A stretch of 64,000 nucleotides of DNA from Camelus ferus (taxonomy: Eukaryota), in contig NC_045698.1 in NCBI RefSeq assembly GCF_009834535.1, forward strand, positions 15,688,001 to 15,752,000. Direction: 5' to 3'. Each line of letters starts with the position of its first letter. Positions within the stretch are counted from its first letter, which is position 1. Of this stretch, positions 11,751 through 25,232 are shown piece after piece. The position numbers and the translations under genes are program-made. Under the pieces are notes generated by a model. That model worked only from the letters and a program-made list of their open reading frames with translations, searched no databases and had not been told where the DNA came from.

Positions 11751-14700
11751 GATCAGATTTGCTGGGGAAAGCACTATTCCCAGTTTTACTCAGTAGAAGC
11801 TCTTGCAAACCAGGAGAGCAGAGGAGTGGCTTGCCATGTGGTGTCTTCCTATGAAACGGCTCTTTCTAGTATGGATCAGAGCTCATCAAAGACTAATCAT
11901 ATCATCCGACAATAATTCTAGCCTCTAAATGCCCTTTCTGTATTTGGCACCAAAACACAATGATAAAGAAAGACTTACGTATGTCTGTTTGTGCACCTGC
12001 TCGCTTCACCCTTCAATTGTATGTACACAATAACACTATACAAAGAGCTAATAGTCTCATTGATGATATAACTTCTGCTTTACTCATATTAACAGAAAAT
12101 TGTTTCTGCCATCATGGTACCATACTAATCAGTTATTTAGAGTTTTAAATCCCAGGCACCTGGGTAGTGTATCTATGAAGTTGGAGAGAAAAAAAATACT
12201 TTGGTGATAGAATTGCTGAAAAGATAAACAGAACCTGGAGAAAATCTGCTATGGTGATGGAGGTGATAAAATCTCATCTAGGCAAAAAGAAATGATTCTG
12301 GAATTGTATGCAAGAGAACAAGGAAAGATCAGTGACAAATAACCAAATATAGGCTGAAACCACTAAAGACAAAAAATGGCAAATTAAAGAACCATTTTAA
12401 AATCTAAGCATTTTTAGGCTCAATTGTGAATTTCACTAAATGAAATTCTCTTTAAGCAGAATTTCTAGTATGAGAAGCACACCTGTTACTTCTAAGATCC
12501 CCCTACAACTCAGAACTTGCTTTATAACTTTTCTAAGAAGCAGTCTTAACAGCAAACACACACTGTATAAATTATAGGCTTTGTTTTTATTTTTTGTGCA
12601 TTAATTTGCATTGAAGTTGTAATAAGTTCTATATGGTCCAGTGTATGTAACCATGTATGCAAGTTATATTAGACCAGAAAGTAAATTGTTGATATAATTG
12701 ACAGCATCCTGAATCTTTATATAGGTTTTTTGAGTCTCCTTGAACTGATATTCATTTATATTCTATCTGTCTGTCTGTCTCTTTCCCAACTCTGGAGTTT
12801 GGGTGCCACTTTAGGACATTTGCTAAATATATTACTGTGTATTTCTCAGTGATTAGTGACGATTAGATTCAATGACTGTTACCCTTTATTATAAGTTCCC
12901 TTAACGTTTGTGATTTCAATTGTGGAAAATAACCACATGCATTCATGGATGTGCATTCCTCTCAATCCATTCCATCAATTTGCCAGAAGTAATTGGTACA
13001 ATTTAAATCTTCACCTAACTCTTCTCCCACTGTAATTGGCATAGCATCTATTTTTAAAGTAAGGTCTATTCTTGTGCTGTTATTTTATTTCTGCAATTTA
13101 CTGAGAACCCATTGCCAAAAACAGGCACATGGGTGCTATAAATAAAGCAGTCTGACAATTGCTTAAACAAAACTGGGCCCGATGGACAGGAAATGAACTC
13201 TCATCAAGGTGAGGCTTGAGGTGCATTAGCAATTTCTCTGAATAACCTTTTTTATTTCTCTTTATGCACTACTGTGCATTCCATAAAATGGTAATTTTGA
13301 AAAATACCAGCACTTTGCTTAAACAAAGAATAAAATAAACATGGTAGTTGAGTTATATCTTAAGTTACACATTTAAACAAAAAAAAACATATGAACGTGA
13401 CTTGGTGGAAAGAATATTCATAAGGTAGCAGCAAGATTTGATGGTAGAACTAGACATAGTTCACATTTTAAAAGCTTGCTCCCTTTGTGGCAACTTTTAT
13501 TTGCTATTTAAATTCAACTTAACCTTCCCTGTCCTCTAAAACTGAAAATAGCATTTGCGGTCTTTTATTGTTTCCATGCACAATTTAAACAAAATAATTC
13601 AGTGTTTTAGCTTGGCTCAGGAATTGTAAAGATTAAGGTTCTAAAGATTGCTCACTTATAAAATGCCTTCTGTACTTCATCTGCAATGTGAACATTCTGA
13701 AAATATGAAGAAAACTATGAAAGCTTTATTATATTTAATTTTATAATACAAAATACAGGAAGATTGAAAACAAACTTACAAACCAATTCTGAACTAATAA
13801 GTGGATTTTTTTTTATTAGTGAAAATTTTAGTTGCCCTTCCTTCTTAAAATTTGCTCCTAAAGTGGCTATATTAATGTTTTAAAGAAATTAAACTTGGGA
13901 AAATCAAAACAAAATGAAAATAAATGTGTTCTTTTTGTATTTAGCAAAAAAGTCCTTTACTTTATTGTCTTTGAACTCAATGGAAGCTTAATGGAAATTA
14001 AATTAAGTTTAATTTTAACACATCAAACACGATTGAATATGAGGAAAATCAAACAGGTTTTAAGCCATTTCTGCAAGATCTTAATTTTAACATTATGCAG
14101 ACAAAAGCTGTATTTTAATATTTTGTTTCACTGTCAATTTATTCCTCTCCAACTTTTGATGTGATAAATCCCATCTTTTTATTTTCAGGTATTAACTTGT
14201 AAATAAGTAGGATACATCTAATTATACGAAGAGGCTAGATACCAATTGAAATCCTATCAATTAACAAATACTGTTCATCCATAATGTCAATCATATACTG
14301 AAATCCTATAGAAAAAATATTTAGGTAACCAGATCTTCAAAATGTTTCTTCTAATAACTTGAAGTTTAGGTAAAATTTGAAATCATTTAGTATTTCCCCA
14401 AATATTACTTTTCTCTATTAAAAACAGTAATAATAATTCTGGAAGGTTAACAACACTGGGATTTATTAATTCAATTCTTATGATTTACATAGGCATCAAA
14501 GTAGTCTTCATATTAATAACAAAAGTCCTTTATTTACCAGTTAATATATACTCCTTTGTAGGTGAGTATTCATGGCAGAAAGCCACTCCTCAAAGGGCAA
14601 AATTAGCATCATTAGTTAACAAGAGCCTGTGTGTTTAAATTGTGGGAGGTTTGCAGGACGCATGCATGTTGGCAGAACTGTGTAACAAGGCATCTGCCAT

Positions 14701-16059
14701 CACTGACTACATTATGCTTCTGTTTACCTGGTGTCATCACTCTGTCACCTTCATCCATTCCATAATTTGCAGAAAAAGAAAGCAAACCACAACAACTCTT
14801 TAAATTTTGGAAATGTATGGTAAACTGTCAGCTTCCCTTCCATGAAGTCGTTTATCTGGAGATTTTACCTGGCACACAATTTCTCAATAGATGCAGCCCT
14901 TCTTCCCAAATGCAAAGGAAATCCCACTGATCAGTGGGGACTGCGGTGCTTATCAACATCCAAATGGAGACAGCTTAATTCCTTAGATTAGCATTTGGCT
15001 CAAACCAGCAAAAGTTTTCCTGAGAAATTAGTCTTAATATATTTTAAAGTATCCAATTTCTTTATCTTCCTCCTACCAGCTCGAAATATAAGCCAAGGCC
15101 ATGTGGCTGCATCTTAATCATGTCTGAGCTTGAGAGCCATCCGTCGAAAGCCTGTCTCAGTTCATAGATATGAGAGATTGTAATATTTTAACATTTCCTA
15201 CTGCCAAGTTGCTAAGCAATAAAACTATCTTGGCACTTTCCTGCCAGTTCATCATGAAGAACTACTTTAGTTTTGCTCAGTCTCTTGATGAAACAAATGA
15301 AGAGCAGCTGTACCAAATGGCCCTCCGGAAATGTGTTGCCAAACAAATCCCTGGAACTTCCGCCCCTTTGCATGGCTAACTGAGATGAGTGGAAGCAGAG
15401 AAATCCTACATAGGCAGCAGCAGAGAAAATCAAGTCTTAAATAGTAGTGATTAAAATTATACAAATATTAGCTCTTAATTCTAGAATCACACTCTTGTCC
15501 CATATCACCTTTATCCAAGATAAACATAAGTGTGATGATTTCTCAGCTAAAGATACATTTTTCATACTCTAGCGTACTTGCCAAATGGTATATATTAAAT
15601 CAAATACATATTTTGGCTCAATATTTATTTATATTTTAAAAGTTTTGATCACAAAAGTAATGCCAAAGGGTATGCTGGCTAGATCGTTTCAAATGAAAGA
15701 AAACTGAATAAAGTAAAATGCTGTAGCCCTTTCAAAAAGCCCAGTCTTATATTTTGGTATGTATTTTTCCAGACCTTTCCCTGTCTATGTGTGTGCATGT
15801 GTCTATGTGTATTTGCGTGTGCACGTGTGTGTGTACATAAGCTAAGAAATTTGTTCTATAAATTTACAGCAAAAATCAATATGTTTATTACTCTTATTGT
15901 TTTTATTAAAATTGAGTCAGACCTTGAGTCCCCAACATGCCACTATGTGAACTAAATTCTCCTGTTCATCTCAGAGGAGTCAAAGCTCTCAAAAGTCTTA
16001 AGTTAGAGCAGAATGTTTTGGGAAAGCCTCCAGCCTTAGATCACACGGGACACCATGCA

Positions 16060-16415
16060 AACTTCCATCATCCCATGAACTGGTCACATGCATCCCTGTC
16101 CTAAACAGACTATATATCGTTCTGCTTCAGAGAGTTTCCTGCTGCTGTTCCCTCTGCCTGCCCAACCAACACTCCAGTGCCTTCATCCAGCAACTCTTAC
16201 TCACTTTAATCTCAGCTTGAAGCAAAGTTTCCTTATGGAAACCTTCTCTATCAATTCAGGTGAAATTAAGGACTGTCCCTCTAGTGCGCACCATGACACT
16301 TTGTACATCTCCTTCATAACATTTCTCAGACTGTCTTGGCTGAATCTCTCATCCCCTGCTAAATGGTAATCTCCATGAGTGCAGGGCATAATGCCAGACA
16401 TTTATTGCTTAGTTG
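16060..16415 (+). mobile_element. L2 3' fragment
   Basis: TGCTGTTCCCTCTGCCTG...TCTCAGCTT...AAACCTTCTCT...GTAATCTCCATGAGTGCAGGG are typical L2 3' region motifs. Confidence 0.75.
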
Positions 16416-16424
16416 AAGGGATGT

Positions 16425-17760
16425 TTATCGAACATTTACTATGGTGAAGCAATGTGTTGGTTGCTAATGATAAAGTGGTATATTTTAATGGCATGGATCT
16501 CTCTTTCTCACAGACCTTACCTTTTAGATAGATATGAATAAAAAGTTACCTCAATAATCACTTAATTAGAATGGTGGCAACATCTGTAGATTTATGTAAC
16601 TATGCAAATCTATATATCTATATAAAATCACATGTATAGTATCCTAGGGATACTATATAGGGAACAAGGTAGTCTTCTGGGAGAGGTGGGTGTTAAGGGA
16701 GGTGCCCTGGAAGAAGTCACATCTAGGCTGAGACTTAAAGAGCAAGTAGGACTTTATCAGGAGAGGAGAGGGTCCTTAGCTCCTTAGTGGAACTGGAAGG
16801 TGTGTGGAATAAAGGGTTTAGTAGAGGGTGGACACATATTAAGGATGAAAGGTAGACTAATGCCAGGCTGGTCAGCAACGCTTTCATATAGTTAAATATT
16901 TTGATCTTTTCCCCTAAGACTACAAGGAAGCCATTAGGCAGAATAAGCAGGTCAATGAAATGAGTAGAACTACAACTAGATGATAGATGATGGTGGATGT
17001 GGACAACATTGTGGAAACAAAGGAAATAAAACTGAAAAATATTTTGAAGTTAGAAATGGGAGAACTTAGTGATTGATTGAATGTGAAAGGTCTAGTTCAA
17101 GGAAGGTAAAGATAAAAATAATAATAAAAACAATAGCTAACACTCAAATAGCACTTGTTACCAGTCATTATTTTAAGTGTTTCATATTTATTAGTTCATT
17201 TAATCCTCACAATAACCATACAAAGCGGCACTGTTATTACTCTAATATCATAGATGAGTGAAGTATAGAATACGAAATAAATCTTCCAAAGTCATACAGC
17301 CATTTTGTAGAGCTGGTATTCAAAGTCTGGTGGTCTGGCTCCAGAATCTGTCACTTAAAATTACTTCCAGGTTTTTGGAACGAGAAACCAAGTGGATGGT
17401 AGTTACCCTGAACTGAAGCAGAGAACGTTGGGGGAGTGAATCTGGGTGAAAGTGTAAGACTTGAATTTTGGACATGCTGAACTTGATGTGTCTTGAAATG
17501 TGCAAGTGGAGATGACAGGTCGATAGGTCTGGCATTTTCAGGTTGAATGTGAGCAGGATATATCATTTTGGGACTCAAAGTATAGATGTAACTAAAGCAA
17601 TGAGAGAAATGAGATCATCCAGGATACACTATACAGTAGAAGAAGAGAAAGTCCCTGATGGGTAGAGGAAGGCGGACCCACATAGGACTCTGAGAAGGAG
17701 TTGCTGAGTAGTAGCAATGGGGAAAAGAAAGACCTTCGTCAAAGAGAGGACAGTCAACTG
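16425..17760 (-). mobile_element. L2 element interrupted by a MIR
   Basis: GGAAGAAGTCACATCTAGGCTGAGACTTAAAG, GGAAGCCATT, TTTTGGACATGCTGAACTTGA...AAGTGGAGATG. L2 sequence resumes colinearly after the MIR at about 17360. Confidence 0.8.
17115..17358 (-). mobile_element. Near full-length MIR nested in L2
   Basis: ATAATAATA...ATAGCTAACACT...TCATTTAATCCTCACAATAACC...TCTGGCTCCAGAATCTGTCACTTAA. Confidence 0.85.
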
Positions 17761-19115
17761 GTATATTGTAGGATCTCAGAATATTTATTGTCTTATTGAT
17801 TGTCCATTAGGCTACACTTTAACATCTATATAATTTCACTAGAGTGTTCTCAGGTCACTTCTATTTATACATAAATCTATGAGTGTGATCTATGAAAGGT
17901 TAGTCCTTTTATCCATGCTACTCAGGGTACAATTAGGGAATTATTTTCTCTGGAGCCATAAAATGTTCTTTTTTTTCTCCATCCAATAAGTGGTTCAGAC
18001 ATATAATTAGTTTCTAATACCTAAAAAGCAGTAAATCTTGAAAATCCTATGTATTAGTTAAACTTCAAAACATTTCCAGAAAATAAGTACATTTCGGTTA
18101 ATGTTAATCTCATCCAACTAGGATGTCAAAGTGATCTTTGATTTACATTACTGCCAGTATATACCATTTTAACTATTGTATTACTAACGGCTTCAGCATT
18201 GGTTAAAAATTTTATAAACAAGTGCGATGAAGACACAGATATAAACTCTTTCAAATAGTTTTGTCATCATGGTCAATGTCTCATGGTCAAAAATTTAATG
18301 ACGACTTTTGCACTAAAGATGAAACGGAAAATTGAAATTGAAGATTGTACTGTGTTTTATTTGTTATAAAGAGGCATCTGCCATATATCCAATTTTAACC
18401 AGTTGTAATGCTCTGTTTAGGTTAATTAATTAAAATTACATAAAAAAAATTCTCCCCAGCTCCCAAACTTGTTATAAGGTAAAAGTGGCAGTCTGTCAAA
18501 TGCTCAGTGACATCAGTACCTGCATCAGATATGCATGTGTATTCCAGACACGACTCATATCAGCCCAAACCAAATTTACATAGTTAAATACACAGATTCA
18601 GAAACAGGGATCAGGTAAAGTTAATGGTAAACATAGGTAAATAAATGCCTGTGAGTGTTATTTCAATTGAATTAAATTTATCTGACATCAGAGATATGCA
18701 ATTGTCTGATATAGCAACCTCACAACATTTTATTTCATTTTATTTTACACCATTTCATTTTTAAAGTTGTGTGAACTGTAGCAGAAAGCGTTCATTGAGC
18801 CAACACAGTTTCAAGGCAGTCACACAGTAGGGATATAGCAGGTATGAATTAAACATTTTTTGATAGACTGAAGCAATACATTGATGAAGGAATGAATTAA
18901 ACTCACAGATGAGTAGGAAAGGAGAAGATCTAAGAGTTAAAATTGAGAGTATACAAAGTTCTGAAGCACTATGCAGCTCAGAAATTCAATTTGAATATAT
19001 TCCAGTTCAGGGCCCTGTAATTGATACATAGAAATTGCCTGTCTCTTTCCATCATACACACACACCAGAAACAAACAAACAAACAAAAACCCTCAGACCA
19101 TTTAAACATTTCAGC

Positions 19116-19151
19116 CTTAGAGATACATCATGTTTGCCTTTCCAACCTGAC
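19116..19151 (+). repeat. 36-bp dispersed direct repeat, copy 1
   Basis: CTTAGAGATACATCATGTTTGCCTTTCCAACCTGAC; 34/36 identical to 20776-20811. Confidence 0.9.
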
Positions 19152-19196
19152 AAATGCCTATCAGTAGAAGACTGGCTTAAGTAGATGTGGTATGTA

Positions 19197-19216
19197 TGTG
19201 TGTGTGTGTGTGTGTG
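19197..19216 (+). repeat. (TG)10 microsatellite
   Basis: Counted directly. Confidence 0.9.
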
Positions 19217-19237
19217 TATTTATAAATACATGCATTA

Positions 19238-19495
19238 ATAGATATAGAAAGCAAACTTGTGATTATCAAAGAGAAGAGGGAAGAAGAACAAATTATGGAT
19301 ATGAGATTAAGAGATACAAACTACTATTTATAAAATAGATGAGCAACAAGGATATACTATATAGCTCAGGGAATTATACCCATTATCTTGTAATAACTTT
19401 TAACAGAATATAGTCTTCAAAAAGAATAAAGCACTATGCCATACACCTGAAATGAACACAGTATTTTAAGTCAACTATATTTCAATTTAAAAAAT
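19238..19495 (+). mobile_element. LINE-1 3' UTR end, 5'-truncated
   Basis: GAGATACAAACTACTATTTATAAAATAGATGAGCAACAAGGATATACTATATAGC...ACACCTGAAA...TCAACTATATTTCAATTTAAAAAA. Confidence 0.88.
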
Positions 19496-20775
19496 GTTAA
19501 TCTGCTAGAGAGAGCCATGAAAACATTCTCATTATGGGTATTTTAATAGTTAATAGTTTCCCTTATATCAATCAGGATTATCTTTTCAACTTTTCATACA
19601 ATTTAGCAACAAATTGAATAAAAGACTTAAAATGTTTAACATAAAATAAATATTTTGTATAATTAAAAAAAGGAAAAACAATAATTTGGTAACAAAAGTG
19701 CATTTATAACTTCATTTTATGGCCCCCCATTCCATTATTTTATACTATTTTCTAATAATTATAGACTGTTAACTTCCAAATTAAGGAAGGAGAGCATTGC
19801 ATATTAATAACTAGGAATTAGGTCATCTGTAGTTAAGAGGGAGATATGTTTTTATTCAACTAAAATTTAAAACATTGAAATTGTGCCCAAATTAATGCTT
19901 ACTTTTAATATTTCTTAATACATATGAAGAAAAATAATTACGTATACAAATCTGGAAAGTAGGTGGTCTTGATCTTATAACAAAATAATGCTGAGATGGT
20001 TTCTTTCTTGAACAATTATATCACCTTTACTTTGTATCATGTGAAAGTAATAGCCTCCTGGAAAGTTGTGAATTTTCTATTTACACATTCGCATAAACAA
20101 GCCAACCACGTGAAATAGGGCTATCTTATCCGTAACTGTCAGGGAGGTCCAGAAGTGATGCTTACTGCAAATGGAAATGTATAATAAATGTGTATATATA
20201 GATAGGTCTTTATGATATTTTTTTCTTTAAATGTGTTCTGATGGAAACTTAACTTTGTGCATCCAGTCTTGGCTTCTCAGAAATTCGTCTGTTGTAAAAG
20301 TTCAGTAATACTCTATTCCTATACTCACTATTTATTTGTTATTCCCATTCTGTATTCTATTTTGAGTCCATAAAAGATCTTTCAGCCAAATTAAATTCCA
20401 GGGCCATTTTCTTAGTGTCCAATGCCAGTTGATGAACAATTGTCATTTTCCTTTCACCTCACGGAGCTGACTAGGTGTCTGTCTCCAACTCTTCACCCAG
20501 TTTACAGCACTTTCTGGTTCCTTTCTGATGAAGTTTGTCTTCTCTTTCCCTGCCCTCCACTCAACGTTGAAATTCAAGGTCAGCTATGAATGAAGTGGCA
20601 TTGGCCCAATCAAACACAAAAGGGAACTGTCACCGCCAAGGTTTGCCCTATCAAAAAGAAGCGAGTAGTAATCGCTGGGAACAAACATTGGTTCTTTATA
20701 ATGAGCACCTTTTCTCTTTAGCCAGCATCCTGCACTGTTCCTGTCTGGCAGTCTTCAGGACACCCACAGTTCGAG

Positions 20776-20811
20776 CTTAGAGATACATCATGTGTGCCTT
20801 TCCATCCTGAC
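20776..20811 (+). repeat. 36-bp dispersed direct repeat, copy 2
   Basis: CTTAGAGATACATCATGTGTGCCTTTCCATCCTGAC; 34/36 identical to 19116-19151. Confidence 0.9.
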
Positions 20812-21249
20812 CGTCTCATACCCTTGATGTCTACTCTCAAGCACACAAACCATGACATTTTTCTCTGCTCTCTGATTTCCTAACTGATATACCTGCTCCT
20901 TTGAGACTTTGTTCCTAAACAGTGCCTGTTTTCTTCATCACCACATACAACTTCTTCCAAATATTTAAAGACTTCTCCCGTGACTGAAAGTATGATGCTT
21001 GTTTGGATTTCCTTATGTCAACTGCCTACACCTTTGAGCCTCATGCATCTGTCACTACTATGACTTCCATAACTAAAAGTTACCATTTATTAAGCCCTTG
21101 CTGTATTTTAGACATCATTCTAAGTTCTTTATCTAACATTGTCTCACCTAATACTCATGCTCCTCTGAGCTGTGGATTATGTGGCCACCATCCGTATTCC
21201 TTCACTGAAATTATCATGGATTTTTGTTCATTTTTATTTATTTTAATAT

Positions 21250-21357
21250 TTTCCAGCTTCATTGAGCTTAACTGATGTGTAACATTGTGTCAGTTTAAGG
21301 TGTGAAGTGTATTGATTTGATATACTTATAAATTTTAAAATGACTACCACCATAGCA
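21250..21357 (-). mobile_element. Short LINE-1 3' end fragment (L1MA-like)
   Basis: CAGCTTCATTGAG...TAACATTGTGTCAGTTTAAGGTGT...TGATTTGATATACTTATA...AAATGACTACCACCATAGC. Confidence 0.75.
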
Positions 21358-21423
21358 CCATGATTTTGAAAAGGAACTTGGCCAATATCACATAGAAGAG
21401 ATAGAAATGCATTTGAGGATGTC

Positions 21424-21903
21424 TGTGTTAGTTTACTAAGTCTGCCATAACAAATTACCATAAATTTTGTAGCTTAAAATAATAGAAACGTGTTTTTTCC
21501 CCAGTTTAGGAAACAAGAAGTCTAAAATCAAAGCACTAGCAAGGTTGGTTGCCTCTGTAGTCTCTTAGGGAAATCTGTTTCATGCTTTTCTTCTAGCTTC
21601 TGGTAATTGCCAGCAATCCTTGGTGTTCCTTGGTTTAGAACAACATCACCCCCATATCCAACTATATCATCACATGGTTTCTTCCTACTGTGTCTTCTAT
21701 TTGCGTCTGTGTGCAACTTTCTCTTTCTTTTCTCTTTTAAAGACAACTAATCATCAAATTTAGAGCCTACCCTAATCCAGTATGATCTCATCTCAACTTG
21801 ATTATATCTGCAAATATTTTATTTCCAAATAAATTTTCCTTCCCAGGACCAGGGATCAGGACATGAACATATCTTTCGAGGGGACACAGTTCAGTTCATT
21901 ACA
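21424..21903 (-). mobile_element. MaLR solo LTR, MLT1C-like
   Basis: TG...CA ends with a perfect 5-bp TSD ATGTC (21419-21423 and 21904-21908); CTGCCATAACAAATTACCA, CCCTAATCCAGTATGATCTCATCT motifs. Confidence 0.92.
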
Positions 21904-23171
21904 ATGTCTGATTTTGAGCTGCATGCTCAACTATATAGTATAGTGCTCCAAACTATGTTACACTGCTTTTCTGCATGTCTCCCTTTTAAAGGTCTACCAT
22001 GGTCTTCATCATAATGCTTCTCTGTATCCATTTTAATTTCCTGGTCTTCTATTTTTTTTAAGACTCAATTTCAAGCCATCCTTAGCAAGAATTGGAAGAA
22101 AATATTTTATATTGTACAATCATACAACTAACTCAAAATAAAGCAATGCTTTCCCTGACTTAGTCCTACTGTTTGTTCTGTCTTACAGAACTCTAGAAAA
22201 CTCTCATTTGAGTTTCAGGAGGGACTCTTTACCTACTACACACCTGACTTGACAATTCCAAATTCAATAGCTGTCAAGTAAGTACTAAGTGAACAGAAAG
22301 TTTTTGACTCATTTTCAAATAGTCCATTTGCAAATTGATTTATTCAGTAAATCTTTTATTTAAACACACAAACACACACATGCATGCATACATTGGTATA
22401 TGGTTTCAATGACCCTGGACTTAAAATCTTTGATATATGTTTATCTCTTTATGCTTACATCTGTATCCACTGAGGTATGAATATTTTCTGTTTGTAAAAA
22501 TTTTTATTTCTGCTTTCACCATTTTTTTTGTGATATACTTGGCCTGTCTGCTTACTCTCACTTTTTAACTTGACAATTATCATTGATTATTCACAAAGTT
22601 AGATAATATTTACTATATATTTAAAACTTCATCTGTTTTACTATTTTATACACACACACACACATACATCCTTGCCTTCTAAGAATACACAAGTCCTTCA
22701 AAGTTAAGTATCTAACATATTGTCATTGTGGTTGTTCAGCCTACTGTACTGTGCATTCAGTACTCAACAACTGTGGGTAGGCATAGAAAATGTAATTCAC
22801 ATACATAAGAATTTATGTATAACTATGCTTAGTTTTCAGAGATGGCTATAGATTTTTTTAATTAAAAATAAATAAATAAAATTTCTTCTAAAGCTGAAGT
22901 GGCCAAGAGAAACTGAATTAGTCTTTTTTGTTACTAAATAATAGCTAAAAATGTGGCAGACATAATTAGGGCAGAGAGAGCCGTGCTTCATCAGATTTTC
23001 CAGTAGGGTGTGCCTTTGCTAGTTACTTGACTATGGGAAAAAAAAAAAGTGTCCCCTCTGGCTAGACAAATCCAAAAAACAGACCAGCTCTGAGTAGGCT
23101 CAGTCTGAAGATCATGTGTCTTGGTGATGGGAGTAGAGAAGGAATTTTACCTTTGAAGGCTCCCTCCATAA

Positions 23172-23221
23172 TATGCCATTGTGCAGTGCACATACTGCAC
23201 AACCATACCAGGGTGGTCCTG
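23172..23221. mobile_element. MER91-like hAT MITE remnant
   Basis: TTGTGCAGTGCACATACTGCACAACC...GGTGGTCCTG resembles the MER91 terminal motif. Confidence 0.6.
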
Positions 23222-23364
23222 GCTTTAGCTCAGAGATAAAACTAAGATTCATTCAGTAAATAAATGAGATTTTAACATCTTGCATAAATATATTTCAGAA
23301 GCTTCTATAAATTAATCCATTTAGCACTTATTCCCGCTGTATAAATTTATAATACACCCAGTTA

Positions 23365-23415
23365 ACTCGTGTGGAAACCAAGGCACAGAGAGGTTAAATG
23401 ACTTTCCCAATGACT
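23365..23415 (-). mobile_element. MIR core fragment
   Basis: GGAAACCAAGGCACAGAGAGGTTAAATGACTTTCCCAA. Confidence 0.75.
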
Positions 23416-24499
23416 TTACATGGCAGTTTGACATTGCAAATATATGCAACCAGACACCCAAATCATGTTCATGAAGTACATGAACACTGTCTCAAAACCC
23501 ATGAAAGGAATTAAAATAAATATAAGAATCTGGGACTACCAAAAAGGGGAAAATAAACAATAATTAAGGGACATGATTAAGTCAAGAAACTCACTTTGTG
23601 AGATAATAGCTTAGATCATCATAGGTTTGTCATAGGACTTATTTTACAAAAAGGCATAAAGCTGAGAAATCATTCCATGAGTATTAGATACAAATCAAAA
23701 CAGTTTTAGTATCAGGTTAAAATCTTTTCTCCAAAGATTAAACCAAAAAAGGGGTTAGCTCTTTGATTAGTACAATTTTTCCACTGTGAATAATTTCGGT
23801 CTCCAAGCAGTAATTCCCAAGTTAAGAGCTTGTTAGGCCTGCAGGTCTTCATTTTTCTAATCGTAGAGAAAATTATTTTAAAAGTAATTTTCCCCTCAGA
23901 AGCAATTCCAAGAGTAAAGACTAAATATGCAGAGAGACTATGATTCAGTTAAAGAATAAATAAGTAAATAAAGGAAAAACAGCTTTTAAAGGAGAGTAAC
24001 TGAAAAATGGTTAAAAGTCAATATATTGAGTCACTAAGATTTTAGTGTCTATTTTAGCCACATGAAAAATAATGTTTCCAGTTTGCACAGTATCTGATCT
24101 GATAGTTTCAACTTTTGAAGACAGATAGTTACAATACAAGGTTTTGCGAGTGCGACACAACCACTATTGTACATTTGGGAAAATAGCATATGCTTCCATT
24201 TTAAGGGGATAGGGCTGTCCTGAGGAGAGAGAAGCAAGCAGATGGACAATTCCAACTCCATGTTGTCTTTCCATAATGCCAACCCAGGGGCGTGGGGCTG
24301 CCAAATCTTCCTATCTCATTCTAGAATTTATGTCCAGTCTGCCATCCTCCTAGGAGAATGGATCCCCAATGTAGGAACTTTGCCCTGGAAAGTAAGTCAC
24401 TGCTTGGCTCCAGAGAGGAAAGAAGCACTAAGAAATTTCCAGCCCCTTCCTCCCTTGTTCACATCCATCTTTGGAAAATAAACAAATAAATAAATAAAA

Positions 24500-24670
24500 C
24501 CAACTATTAATTGTTAATGTCTTATTATCTAGCAGGCAATGTGCTGAACACAGGCCTAATTTAATTCTTAGAAGATATATGGTAGTTTATCTCTGTTTTA
24601 CAGGAACATAAAATGATATGGAGGTCAGGAGGAAGTGACTTGCCTAAGGCTGTAGTGTCAAACAAGTAAT
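24500..24670 (-). mobile_element. MIR fragment
   Basis: CAGGCAATGTGCTGAACAC...TATCTCTGTTTTACAG...AAGTGACTTGCCTAAGG. Confidence 0.6.
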
Positions 24671-24674
24671 TTAT

Positions 24675-24835
24675 ATTTACCTTAAACTTAATGTGCAGGT
24701 GAGTCACCTAAAGTTCTTGATAAAATGTGGATGCTGATTCAGAAGGTCTGGGTTTGGGCCTGAAATTCTGCATTCCTAACAAGCCCCCAGGTGATGTTCT
24801 TATTCCATCACGAGTTTCACTTGGAGTGGCTAAGG
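24675..24835. mobile_element. MER5A-like hAT-Charlie MITE
   Basis: GAGTCACCT...CTGATTCAGAAGGTCTGGG...GGGCCTGAAATTCTGCATTCCTAACAAGCCCCCAGGTGATG. Confidence 0.85.
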
Positions 24836-24914
24836 TCCTGCCACATCAACTGTTCCCCTGTTAGAACGCCTAAGTGGACCCTGGGCTTTAAGGTTCTATG
24901 AAACCGGGAAGGGA

Positions 24915-25155
24915 GCAGTAAGTGTATGGGCTCTGCCATCAGACTCCTTGGTTTTCTGTTCTAGATTTCAAACTTAGTGACCCTCTTCACCTTGAAGAAA
25001 TCACTTAAACTCTCAAAGCTTCAGTTTCTTGATCCGTAAGGTAGGAGCTAGGGTAGGACCACCTCACACTGCAGCTGTGAAGACCAGATCAGAAAATCCC
25101 TGTCAACAGGAACACAACGCCTGGCTTGGTAAGTGCTCAGTGGATATGAACTGAT
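24915..25155 (+). mobile_element. MIR SINE
   Basis: GGGCTCTG..ATCAGAC...ATCACTTAAACTCTC...TCAGTTTCTTGATCCGTAA...GGTAAGTGCTCAGT. Confidence 0.8.
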
Positions 25156-25232
25156 ATCTTTAACTTAAAAATAATGCTTCTAAACTTCAAGAAATAGAGC
25201 CCTTCGTTGAAATTCCTCAGTTCATATAGCTT

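Noticed and set aside
16270..16292. CTCF-like motif GTCCCTCTAGTGC (also TGGCAGATGGTGCT near 54162)
   Set aside because: Mismatches at high-information positions; the first lies in a decayed L2.
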